In this document: positions 1 through 9,254 of the stretch, piece by piece
Layout: each line of letters opens with the position of its first letter
How positions within the stretch are numbered: the stretch's first letter is position 1
Assembly (NCBI GenBank): GCA_022425785.1
Contig: JAKMEV010000241.1
Location: 1 to 39,785 of the forward strand
Direction of reading: 5' to 3'
Source of the DNA: Akkermansiaceae bacterium
Lineage (GTDB): Bacteria > Verrucomicrobiota > Verrucomicrobiia > Verrucomicrobiales > Akkermansiaceae
DNA length: 39,785 bases
Notes under the pieces: model-generated
What the model saw: only the letters and a program-made list of their open reading frames with translations
The model's database searches: none
Told to the model about the DNA's origin: nothing
Position numbers and translations under genes: made by a program

Positions 1-22
1 TCCAAAAGCCTCCGAGCCTCCC

Positions 23-1534
23 GTGAGAAAAGAGGCCTCCCGCGTCAAACTTCCGCGGGCCAACCAGCTGGAAGAATCCGCTGACCTTTCCGGTGCGCCT
101 GTCAAAAAAGAAACCGCGTGTGTCAAACTTCCCCTCCTCGAACAGGTCAGTGAGATCGGGGCAACAGACTCCCCCAAGACTCCCAGCACGAAACAATCGA
201 AACTCTCGGACGATCCGGTCTCGAGCAAACAACCAGCCGCTCTGGAACCACCCACCTCGCCGAAAAGGAACCCGCAAGCTCCCCAGCCTCCCTCCGCATC
301 CTCGACCTTGAGTAAACCCGTCGGGGGATCCATCGCTCCAGTAGTCCCCAGTCAACCTCGCATAACCTCGGCACCATCCGCTGCCGAAATTCCGAAAGCT
401 CCTGCAGAGGACGCTGCAGATGCTTTCGTGGAAGCACCAGCCAAACCCGCCCGCCTCATTTCCCTCGATGCCCTCCGCGGCTTCGACATGTTCTGGATTA
501 TCGGCGGAGCCGCCCTCCTTCGCGCCATCGCCAATTGGTCTGGCTCCGAGGAATTCATCAAGCACGCCACCGAGCAAACCACGCACACTCCCTGGATCGG
601 ATTCACCGCCTACGATCTCATCTTCCCGCTCTTCATCTTCATGTCCGGGGTCACCATCCCCTACGCCATTACCTCGAAAATCGCCAATGGCACCATTTCG
701 AAACCACGTGCTTATTTCCGCGTCATCCGTCGATTTATTCTTCTCACTGCGCTGGGACTTTCCTTCACCTTCCTCAGCTTCGATCCCGGGCAATTCCGAA
801 TCCCCGGCGTCCTACAACTCATCGCCGGCGGTTACTTAATCGCCGCCATCATTGCGATCCATCGACCGGCCCGCCCCCAATTCATCTGGGCTCTCGGTAT
901 CCTCGTGGGATACTGGCTCGCCTTCACCTTCATTCCCGTTCCGGGAGGCGAAGCAGGACAACTCACCCCGTCTGGAAACCTCGCCGCCTACCTTGATCGC
1001 CTTCTTCCGGGCAAGCTCTACATGGGCGTCTTCGATCCCGAAGGCCCCGTCCGCTTCCTCCCCGCCACCGCCATGGCCCTCTTGGGGTCGGCTACCGGAT
1101 CACTACTGAAATCCCAGGAAAAAGCCAATCACGCCACCGCCTTCAAACTCCTCCTCGCAGGTACCGCCGCCCTTGGGCTCGGCTGGGCCTGGGGAATGAC
1201 CTTCCCCATCATCAAGCCGCTCTGGACCAGCTCCTACGTTCTCTTCTGCACCGGATGCAGCCTCGTTTTACTCTTCTTTTTCTACCTCGTCATCGATGTC
1301 TGGAAGCAACGCTGGCTCGGCTACATTTGGCTTCCGATCGGCATGAACGCTATCACGATTTACGTCCTCTCACGATTCGTGAGCTTCCGCACCATTTCCG
1401 AAAATATCCTCGGAGGCTACGCCGGCACCCTTTCGGATCATCCCGCCGAATTCACTCTCGCACTGGGAACGATCATCATCGAATGGGTCCTCCTCCTCTA
1501 TCTCTTCCGCAAGAAAACCTTCCTCCGCGCCTAA
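23..1534 (+). CDS. Membrane acyltransferase, DUF5009/DUF1624 (heparan-alpha-glucosaminide N-acetyltransferase-like), with a Pro/Ser/Ala-rich N-terminal extension; possibly 5'-partial
   Basis: The C-terminal ~350 aa form a multi-pass membrane domain that opens with RLISLDALRGFDMFWIIGG, the typical start of this family. The first ~150 aa are low complexity (P/S/A/K-rich). The frame has no stop between base 2 and 23, so the ORF may continue beyond the window edge. An alternative in-frame GTG lies at 428. Confidence 0.75.
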   Translation: MRKEASRVKLPRANQLEESADLSGAPVKKETACVKLPLLEQVSEIGATDSPKTPSTKQSKLSDDPVSSKQPAALEPPTSPKRNPQAPQPPSASSTLSKPVGGSIAPVVPSQPRITSAPSAAEIPKAPAEDAADAFVEAPAKPARLISLDALRGFDMFWIIGGAALLRAIANWSGSEEFIKHATEQTTHTPWIGFTAYDLIFPLFIFMSGVTIPYAITSKIANGTISKPRAYFRVIRRFILLTALGLSFTFLSFDPGQFRIPGVLQLIAGGYLIAAIIAIHRPARPQFIWALGILVGYWLAFTFIPVPGGEAGQLTPSGNLAAYLDRLLPGKLYMGVFDPEGPVRFLPATAMALLGSATGSLLKSQEKANHATAFKLLLAGTAALGLGWAWGMTFPIIKPLWTSSYVLFCTGCSLVLLFFFYLVIDVWKQRWLGYIWLPIGMNAITIYVLSRFVSFRTISENILGGYAGTLSDHPAEFTLALGTIIIEWVLLLYLFRKKTFLRA

Positions 1535-1537
1535 GCC

Positions 1538-2104
1538 ATGAAACTATTCAAGCTCTCCGATCTCTTAGATTTCCTCGCTTCCCTTATTGTTGTGGGAACC
1601 ATCATCGGCGGCCTCACCCACTGGGCCCAAACCCACGCGAAGCCGCCCCTAAGCTACGCAAAGGAGTCCACCATCGACCTCCTGCCCATCGACGCAACCA
1701 TTGAGGGAGATATCCAACTCTATCCCACCACCGTTGAGGACCAGAAAAAGGATTTCTCCTACAAGCACGGCAATGAGATTCTCAAAGAGCAACAAAGCCG
1801 CAAGGCCGGGAAATGGATAGGCCTGAAAGACTCTCTCACCTGGACCTTCGCCACTGATTCCCCACAGAAATACCAACTCTCGTTCACCTATTCCTCCGAT
1901 TCAGCGGGTGGTCAAATTCAAGCCACCCTCGACAAAGGCACCTTCCTCGGAACTCTAGAAAATACCGAAGGCCCCAACTCATGGAGAAACCTCGACCTTG
2001 GTGAAGTGGAGCTTCCCGCCGGAACTCACACCCTCACCCTGAAAGGAACAAAACTCATCGGGGAAGAACTCCTCCGACTCGAAAGAGTGACTCTGACTCC
2101 GTAG
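1538..2104 (+). CDS. N-terminally membrane-anchored protein with a CBM6/35-like carbohydrate-binding beta-sandwich
   Basis: The gene starts 4 nt after the upstream stop, suggesting an operon. It has an N-terminal TM helix (LLDFLASLIVVGTIIGGL). The C-terminal LTWTF...YQLSFTYSSD...GGQIQATLD...WRNLDLGEVELPAGTHTLTLKG pattern is CBM-like. Confidence 0.6.
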   Translation: MKLFKLSDLLDFLASLIVVGTIIGGLTHWAQTHAKPPLSYAKESTIDLLPIDATIEGDIQLYPTTVEDQKKDFSYKHGNEILKEQQSRKAGKWIGLKDSLTWTFATDSPQKYQLSFTYSSDSAGGQIQATLDKGTFLGTLENTEGPNSWRNLDLGEVELPAGTHTLTLKGTKLIGEELLRLERVTLTP

Positions 2105-2152
2105 TCAAAGGCTTTGCTTTTGATTGTCTCTGGCAGGCAGCGGGCGACAGGA

Positions 2153-2818
2153 CTACTTGCCTTCCATCTCCATCATCGAGGGCGCGGCGAGCTTTTTCAC
2201 CTTGGCCTGGCTTTCCTCGGAAAGCTGCTCGAGCGGATAAGCCACCTTCTTTCCACTTTTCAATTCGAAGCTCACCTTCCCTTTGGAAAGCCCATGAAAA
2301 CGAGCAACGATTTCGACCCCCTTGGCATTCGTCCACTTTACCCAGGCGGGTTCCACCACAACCGGAGCGGGTCCGAATTGCTCCGTGACAATACGCCCCT
2401 CTTTAAACTTGAGGAGCTTCTTGGGATCCCATTTGTCCGGTCCTTTCTTTCCCGTCTTCCCATCAATTTTCGCCCCTTCGTGAATCCACTGCGCTACCGT
2501 CATAATCTCCTCCTCGGTTAATCGCTCACCCTTGTTCTTCGGAGGCATTGCCCCCTTCTCATGCTGCGGGCGGACAAGGGTAACAAACAAATAACTGGCA
2601 TCCCAATCTCCGGGGACGACCACCTCGTTCTTGCTGAAACGCTTCAAGAAATGCTCCTCGTCATCCAAACGAAGACCACCTTTGATCTTGTCCCCCTCTT
2701 CGCTGTGACAATCGTAGCACTTCGCCTTGAAAATCGGCATCACGTCGCGCTTGTAATCCAAGGCCTGGGCACAAGTTACCAAACACAGTATCGCTAGAAG
2801 CACTCTCATCAGGAACAT
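2153..2818 (-). CDS. Secreted protein with a planctomycete cytochrome c domain (PSCyt1, CxxCH) and a C-terminal SHD1-like domain
   Basis: I place the start at ATG 2818 (MFLMRVLLAILCLVTCAQA signal peptide), not the track start at 2968, which would overlap the upstream gene. The heme motif is PIFKAKCYDCHSEEGDKIKGGLRLD. The C-terminus WTNAKGVEIVARFHGLSKGKVSFELKSGKKVAYPLEQLSEESQ resembles SHD1. Confidence 0.75.
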   Translation of the reverse strand: MFLMRVLLAILCLVTCAQALDYKRDVMPIFKAKCYDCHSEEGDKIKGGLRLDDEEHFLKRFSKNEVVVPGDWDASYLFVTLVRPQHEKGAMPPKNKGERLTEEEIMTVAQWIHEGAKIDGKTGKKGPDKWDPKKLLKFKEGRIVTEQFGPAPVVVEPAWVKWTNAKGVEIVARFHGLSKGKVSFELKSGKKVAYPLEQLSEESQAKVKKLAAPSMMEMEGK

Positions 2819-2856
2819 CCCTAGCGTGTTCCCCGCCCTGGGTAAAGACTCCGCTT

Positions 2857-3750
2857 TTAGGGTTCGGGGTAATCCTGCACACGGTAGGACCGGAATCCTG
2901 CCGAAACCTCCTCTTCCATTAATGTTTCCTCGGAGCCGGAAGCAATGCGCATTCCAATCTCCTCCCAATTGACCAAATCAGAAGAAGCATAAACAAAATA
3001 GCGCGTTCCCGGAACGGCATTCCAGCTAATCGCTGAAGTCAACGCCGCCGGATCATATTCGAGGTTCGTGATGACCAACGGGGGGCCGCTAACGACTGGC
3101 TCGATGGTTTCAACAGTCACGTTATCAAGATCAAATCCCGGGCTGTTTCCCCAGTGGGCACTGAAGCTAAATGCCCCCGCAGTTGTCGCACTCGGATCAC
3201 CTTCCTCAAACAAACCAAGATCCATCACCGAACTGGTGAATTCGTTTCCCCCGGCATCGGACAATTCAAGATCATAACTCGCCCCGCTCGCCCCCCAGCC
3301 ATTGCAAGTGATTCTCAGATGATACCAAACATCAACAGCCAACCCGGGAAGGGACAGCTCCTGCCATCCTCCACTATACGCCCACCAGGTATCCCCCTGA
3401 TGACGAAGATTGATCGTCGCACCCTCGTAGACCACCTCTTCCCCGGTCATTACCATGAAATTAAACTGTCGTTCCCCGGGATGGATCCGCAGAAAACAAT
3501 CGACAAAAAAGTCACTCGCACCTCCTTCAAATATCGCTCCCAGAATGCCGGTAGCGGGCTTGACTCTGGCAAACTTTGGTGAGCCCTGGGCACCCACTCC
3601 CGATTCGAGATCCGTATTCACGACAGGATTATCCCAATCATTACTGAGAACGATATACTCAAAATCGTCCACCACGATCGGGGCCGAGATCAACGACCCG
3701 CAAAGCAATATTGCGAGCGCCAACTGGGGCAGGAGAAGTGGTGATCTCAC
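2857..3750 (-). CDS. Secreted LamG/concanavalin-like jelly-roll protein with the recurrent C-terminal module
   Basis: The ORF is open to 3840, where the track start is TTG. GTG 3750 gives an ideal signal peptide (M)RSPLLLPQLALAILLCGSLISAP; ATG 3816 is another option. The central part is LamG-like (WWAYSGGWQELSL..VDVWYHLRITCNG). The last ~75 aa match the C-terminal module described in the findings. Confidence 0.6.
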   Translation of the reverse strand: MRSPLLLPQLALAILLCGSLISAPIVVDDFEYIVLSNDWDNPVVNTDLESGVGAQGSPKFARVKPATGILGAIFEGGASDFFVDCFLRIHPGERQFNFMVMTGEEVVYEGATINLRHQGDTWWAYSGGWQELSLPGLAVDVWYHLRITCNGWGASGASYDLELSDAGGNEFTSSVMDLGLFEEGDPSATTAGAFSFSAHWGNSPGFDLDNVTVETIEPVVSGPPLVITNLEYDPAALTSAISWNAVPGTRYFVYASSDLVNWEEIGMRIASGSEETLMEEEVSAGFRSYRVQDYPEP

Positions 3751-3871
3751 AGTCAGAGAAGAATAATCGGAACCTCCGAATGGATCAATGCCAAAGCTCA
3801 CAAGCGAAAAAAGCATCTCCGTCTTTTTGTGATCGCCCAATCGAAATCCCTCTCTCTAAAATCCGCCAGTT

Positions 3872-4321
3872 ATGAGAATCAAATCGACACTCCTCGCCGT
3901 TGGCATCGCCCTCTCCTCTCTCACCGCTTGCGGAAAAGAAAAGGTAGATCCGCTCAAAGCACCCACCGACGTCGCCGCAGCTCCTGCTGATGCCAAAGCC
4001 ACCGCTTCCGGCTTGAAATCAAAAGTCATCAAAAAAGGCACCGGCAAAAAGAATCCTGCAGCCACTGACACCGTGACTGTACACTACTCCGGTTGGACCA
4101 CCGACGGAAAATTGTTCGATAGCTCCCACAAGCGGAACAAGAAAGCCAGTTTCCCCCTCAACCGCGTGATCCCAGGCTGGACCGAAGGACTTCAGCTCAT
4201 GGTCGTGGGCGAAAAGCGGCGCTTCTGGATCCCCGCCGAACTCGCCTACGGCAACAACCCCGGCGGTGGACGTCCGGGCGGACTCCTCGTCTTTGACGTG
4301 GAGCTTTTCGAGATCAAGTGA
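3872..4321 (+). CDS. FKBP-type peptidyl-prolyl cis-trans isomerase, lipoprotein
   Basis: Lipobox signal MRIKSTLLAVGIALSSLTAC. FKBP core VTVHYSGWTTDGKLFDSS...FPLNRVIPGWTEGLQLMVVGEKRRFWIPAELAYG. Confidence 0.9.
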   Translation: MRIKSTLLAVGIALSSLTACGKEKVDPLKAPTDVAAAPADAKATASGLKSKVIKKGTGKKNPAATDTVTVHYSGWTTDGKLFDSSHKRNKKASFPLNRVIPGWTEGLQLMVVGEKRRFWIPAELAYGNNPGGGRPGGLLVFDVELFEIK

Positions 4322-4328
4322 GCCCGGC

Positions 4329-5582
4329 TTACTTCTTGCCAAAACAATCGAGGCGCGCGCCGATGCGCACATAGAGACGGTCGTGAGCCACCGCAGGAGT
4401 CACATCGGCCCACTCGATTCCCTCCCCCAGCTCCAGGCTGGTGCGTGAGATCTCTTTGTAGGAGGCACCAATTTCCGCGACGATCAATTCGCCTTCCCGG
4501 GACAGGCAAATGAGGCGCCCGCCCACGATCAGTGGCGAAGCATAAAAATTCGCCATGAGCTTTTCCTCCCACTTCTTCTCACCGCTGGAGGCCTCGAGCG
4601 CGACGAGCACTCCTCCATCTGAAACGGAGTAAAACATCTTCCCGTCGGAAACAGGTGTCGGCACGTAGGGCGTGTTGCCCTTCATCTTCCAGACAATCTT
4701 CGCCTCCCCACCCGCTCTCGCCGGAGGACGCACCGTGAAGTAAACGCCACTTTTACAGCCAACCGCGATCTGCACGTCTTTCGAATTCGACCCGGCAAGA
4801 ACATTGATCGGCGAAACAATCGTTCGCTGCTTCATCGAACCGGAAACCTCCCAGCGAACCTTCCCGTCCTTGAGGTCCAATCCAACAACACCAACGCTCT
4901 GGCTTGCCACGACAACTTCCGTCCCTCCGTCAGGTAATTTTCGAACGAGAGGAGTCACATAACTTGTCTTGCCTCCTGGAAACTCGGTCTTCCAAATCGA
5001 CTTGCCATCTTTTGCACCAACCGCACCCACATATCCGACATTCATGTGCAGGTGACACACCAGGATTTTGTCTCCGTGAATCTCGGGGTGAATATTGAGA
5101 CCATGTTGACTTTTTCCGGGGCCAATTTCATGGATCCACAGACTATTTCCTTTGTGATCATAAGCGGACATCATAGCCGACTCCTTCTTCGCACTATACC
5201 AACACACAACCACCATGTCCTCGTTCACTGCCGGACTGGCCGCCGCCGTGTTGTTGAATCGATGCAGGTGATATTCCCCCACATCCAGACTCTTCGCCCA
5301 ACGCTTCTTTCCACTTATTGCATCTAGGCAGGTGAGGGTGACCTTACCCTTTTTTCGATCTTCCCCGGTGACAAACAAGGAATCTCCCCAAATCACCGGC
5401 GAACTGGATCCCGGCCCCGGCAATGGGACCGACCAACACAGGTTTTGCTTCCCAATCTCCTCAGGTAATTTCGCTTCAGAGACGCCGCGTCCATCGACAC
5501 CCCGAAAACGGGGCCAATTTTCCTGGGCGCAGATCGATCCAGCGACAAATGCAGAAAGTAAAACAGGCAGACACAATTTCAT
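4329..5582 (-). CDS. PQQ-like (BamB-like) beta-propeller repeat protein, secreted
   Basis: Signal peptide followed by the N-terminal motif ENWPRFRGVDGRG, then repeated propeller blades. It is a paralogue of 10247..11458. Confidence 0.85.
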   Translation of the reverse strand: MKLCLPVLLSAFVAGSICAQENWPRFRGVDGRGVSEAKLPEEIGKQNLCWSVPLPGPGSSSPVIWGDSLFVTGEDRKKGKVTLTCLDAISGKKRWAKSLDVGEYHLHRFNNTAAASPAVNEDMVVVCWYSAKKESAMMSAYDHKGNSLWIHEIGPGKSQHGLNIHPEIHGDKILVCHLHMNVGYVGAVGAKDGKSIWKTEFPGGKTSYVTPLVRKLPDGGTEVVVASQSVGVVGLDLKDGKVRWEVSGSMKQRTIVSPINVLAGSNSKDVQIAVGCKSGVYFTVRPPARAGGEAKIVWKMKGNTPYVPTPVSDGKMFYSVSDGGVLVALEASSGEKKWEEKLMANFYASPLIVGGRLICLSREGELIVAEIGASYKEISRTSLELGEGIEWADVTPAVAHDRLYVRIGARLDCFGKK

Positions 5583-5666
5583 AAGGGATTTCCTAGCAGG
5601 ATCTTGAAAAAACGGTGATCAAAAAGTATCATTGCAACCATTTCTTCGCCCATCGCATCCACCCCA

Positions 5667-6047
5667 ATGATCAAACCATTCACCACCCTCGCCCCGTTGG
5701 TCTTTGGCCTGAGCCTCTCTCTCGCTATCGCTAAACCTCCCAAGAAAGACCCTATCGAAAAGGGCTTTGAGGAAGCCATCGAAGAATACAAAAACGAAAA
5801 TTACAGCACCGCCACCGCAAATCTGCGCGAAATGATCAAGCCTCTCGAAGAAAATAATGGACTATGGCTGCAGATCCTTAGTCACCTTCACTCGATAGAA
5901 TCGTTCGTCGCCTCCCCCTCCCCCCTGGTGAGTGAGAGTAGAGGAATTCCCGACTGCCTGATAATTCCGAGCCACCGAAGCCCACGCATCTGTCAGTCCA
6001 AGGTCATCACTGACTTCGAGATGGTAATAGCGGCCGGTGACCGATGA
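5667..6047 (+). CDS. Questionable small secreted protein or 5' gene remnant
   Basis: The first ~65 aa (signal peptide LAPLVFGLSLSLAIA plus a charged helical segment) lie in the 279-nt gap between two minus-strand genes. The last 186 nt run antisense through the well-supported 3' end of the GH13 gene. Confidence 0.25.
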   Translation: MIKPFTTLAPLVFGLSLSLAIAKPPKKDPIEKGFEEAIEEYKNENYSTATANLREMIKPLEENNGLWLQILSHLHSIESFVASPSPLVSESRGIPDCLIIPSHRSPRICQSKVITDFEMVIAAGDR

Positions 6048-8872
6048 GAACATCACCTCACTATCTCCGCCAACAACCATCACCGAGGTCACCTGAAACG
6101 CGGACGCCCTATCCAAAGGATCAGTGCCCGCAATATCTTCATCTCCATTCGAGCGGCCGTCTCCATCTTCATCTCCCCCCAGCGCCAAGAGTATTACACT
6201 CGATGAAGTTTCCGGCGAAGTCGAAGCCACTCCGGCAGCACTGACTGCCGTCACCGTCGCCTCGTAATGAGTCCCGGGAACTCCCGCGAAGGAATATTGA
6301 TTCGCTCCATCCGTTACCTCCCCAGAAGAAACGACCGCTCCATCCCCATCGCTGACCGTGATCTGAAAACTCGCAATGTGATCATCAGGACCACCATTGG
6401 GAACCCAGGTGAAAACAACTTCAGCACCAAACTGGTAGGCCCCGGTCAAGGGAATCGGTGAGGGCGGCGGCGTGACATCATAAAGTTTCAAATACTGTGC
6501 CTCAAAAGGCGCGCTATCCCAGGCCCCAATACTCAGGGGAACTTTTTTCAGAAAAACATCGAAACCCGAAGACAACAAATCTCCGCCGCTGATTCCGCTA
6601 CCCCACAACCAAAGGTCATCGCGACCCACCACCGTTGGAGGGCGATTATAGGCCGCGATATTCTTCACATTGTAAGTCCTCCCGTCCGCAATCCCCAACA
6701 GGCCACTCAATCCCGAAGGGATCTTAAAGCGATCACTTTGGTCATTGTTCCGATCCAAGTTCGCAAAGGCAATCACGACATCCTGATAAGCCGGAGAAGC
6801 TCCTACTTCCTCATACTTCGCTACAGCATGGATCTGATCGTTGTTGCCATTGCCATCGAGAAACCACCTCAGGCTGCTCCCCAAGGCCGGGCTCTCACGA
6901 CGCGCGCTCAACATCCCCGAATAAACCGGATAAAGCTGATCATTCCCAAAGTCGGCATCATTCCAAATCGGCATCATGGAATTCCACCTCTTGAAATGCG
7001 CGATCTCCTTTCCAAAATTCGTTTCGTAATGCTGGTAACCGGTAATACGACTCACTCCCAATTCCTGCCCCGGAAAAACCATCGGCAAGCCATCATTGGT
7101 GCAAGCCACCGAAGTCCTCATCAAGGCTTCCCAGGGATCGGCGTAATTCTCTTCATCGTGTGAGGTCGTATTCATCAAGACCAAAGACTGCCCGTAAGCG
7201 CTACGACGTGACTCAAAAATGTTGCGATAGGAATACTTATTCGTGGCACTCTGAAGGGGAAAAACGATGTTCTCATTCAGGATGTCAAAGTGCCGCGCTG
7301 ACCGATAGGTCACCGCACCTCCATCGAGCGACTCAGCCATCATCACAAAATTCCACTTCGTGCCGCGCGCTACATTGATGATGTATTCCCAGGCTCTCGG
7401 CGGCAGCCCTTGCCCAAAGTCACACCGCAGTCCATCGATTCCCGCATCATCAATAAGATAACGCGCCGCCGCATCTCCGTCTGTCGCCGTTGAATTCCGG
7501 TTAACCGCCCTCGTCTGGTCCAACCAATGCAAGGCATACTCCGCAAAGTAATCCCACACCCGGTGAGTTACATTTCTCCCCTCTCCTCCTTGGGTGAAAT
7601 CGATGGAAGTCCAATCCGAATCACTGGCATCGAACCAATCCCCTTCGCTAGTGTGACTGGTGTTTTCCGGCGCTGAATTAAATTCCACCAAGGCGTCATA
7701 CCGACCAAAAAAGACATCCTTGACGTCATTCCATTTTCCAAAATCGAAACGATCAGGACCCGGCGCAATCGTTCCCGCGCTACTGGCACGATTCCCATAG
7801 TTTCCTTCCCGCGAAAAGAAACGCGCTTCGCGATTTCGAATCTCATCCGTTGACGCCCAGGTCGACCCATCGGGCTGGAAGAGATCAACTCCCTGCTGCG
7901 AAAATTCAACATCAAAGGAAGTATGATTGAACGGCGCATCGAGCATGATTCCCACCTCCTTGGCATCGGCTGCCGATACAAAATTCTGCCAAGCCGTCAT
8001 CGCCAAGGCCCGATTGGCTGCCACGCTGTTTCCCGCACTGTAGTTCTTCGTCATCAACTCGTTGACTTCGAAGAAATTCTTCACGGCATACGGGCTTCCC
8101 GGTTCGTAAAGCGGCCCGCCATTGCCATACCCCGCCACCGGCTCACGACCGTCGATGCCATTGGGGTGAATCGGCTGAAACCACAACCAATTGCATCCCA
8201 AGCCCGTCAAATAATCGAGATCCCAACGATTGTTCGCATTGTGCGGAGCTCCCGGAGCGTTATGCAGATCCTCCAAAGTCGACCGGTCATCCATCCCGTC
8301 GCCATCGGCCTCGATATAAACACATTCACCTCGTAGAGGTTGATTTTCCGCGACGAGCTGGGCGAAACCACCACGCAATGATCCCGCAAGCCATACCAAA
8401 TCCACGATCCTTCCGCCGAAGTCCGATAGCGCGTGGTCACGCGATACGCACCCGTGCGATTTGCGGGAATCGTCAATTCGTAGCGATCCTCACCCGCATC
8501 ATAAGTCATCGTAAATCCCGCATAATAATGCCCCGTCACCGGATCGGCATCAGCCGCGCTCGAGCTAATCGTGTTTCCATTCACCGCCACGATGCCATCG
8601 GGAACCCCGTCGTTGTTCTTGTCCATCCGAGCGAGATCCCGACGATTCAGATTGGTGAAGACCTCCGCCTCATGAACCGCGCCCCCGCCGGGAGGGTCGA
8701 AGTAAAACGTCAGATCGACACTCTCCTCCCGCACTTCATCAAGGTAGACATGAGAAGTGGTGTATTCTCCGCTCCGCACCGGATACCCAGGTGCCTCCAC
8801 CGTCAAATCACCATCAGCCATCACCTGGGACACCAAGGCGATGGCCAGCAAAGAAGCTCGTCGAGTCGTCAT
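5862..8872 (-). pseudogene. Secreted GH13 alpha-amylase-family glycoside hydrolase (~1000 aa) split by an apparent 1-nt frameshift
   Basis: Two overlapping ORFs, 8207..8872 (signal peptide MTTRRASLLAIALVSQVMA plus an N-terminal beta domain) and 5862..8405, sit in different frames. All four GH13 regions are present: MLDAPFNHTS, GIDGLRCDFGQ, FVMMAESLDG and MNTTSHDE. Sensible sequence switches frame at the A3 run at 8318-8320 (..NLYEVNVF | YIEADGDG..). The C-terminus carries an FN3-like domain, a TSP3 repeat (GDEDGDGRSNGDEDIAGTDPLD) and the recurrent C-terminal module. Confidence 0.8.
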
Positions 8873-9254
8873 CTGTGATTCACTCTACTCATTGAGTTGT
8901 TCCACCGTCCAACTCTCAATCCGCGATTTGTGAGCATTGCGTAATGCTCTCACCTCATCTTTGCTCACCGGGTTGGTCACATCATCCTAAACAAGCTTCA
9001 TCAACTTCTCCGGAGATCCGATCCGACCACATTCCCGCCACCCGCTCTCCGTGGGCCCACACGCGATGGTCGCTCGAACCCAGCAGGCGATCCAACCAGG
9101 CATCCTGCGACGCTTCAAGGGATCAGCACAAACATTCGCTGTGACCAAATACAAAACGAAAGGAATTCGCTTCAACACAAAGAGAACCCTATCAGCTCAT
9201 CTCCTCTCTGCCGAAAAGAAAGATCCCAATCTCAAAGGCCGTTCTGTGAGCTTG

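Noticed and set aside
2105-2152. A weak hairpin tcaaagg/cttttga between convergent genes.
   Set aside because: The stem is AU-rich and 7 bp long with a G-U pair, and there is no clear U-tract. The support is too weak to annotate as a terminator.
9051-9254. The upstream extension of the NHL gene (track start 9051), and similar long N-terminal extensions at 2819-2968, 22208-22243, 28114-28170, 36522-36563 and 37769-37861.
   Set aside because: In each case an internal ATG immediately precedes a textbook signal peptide or the conserved family N-terminus. The extension is basic or low-complexity, or it overlaps a neighbouring gene.
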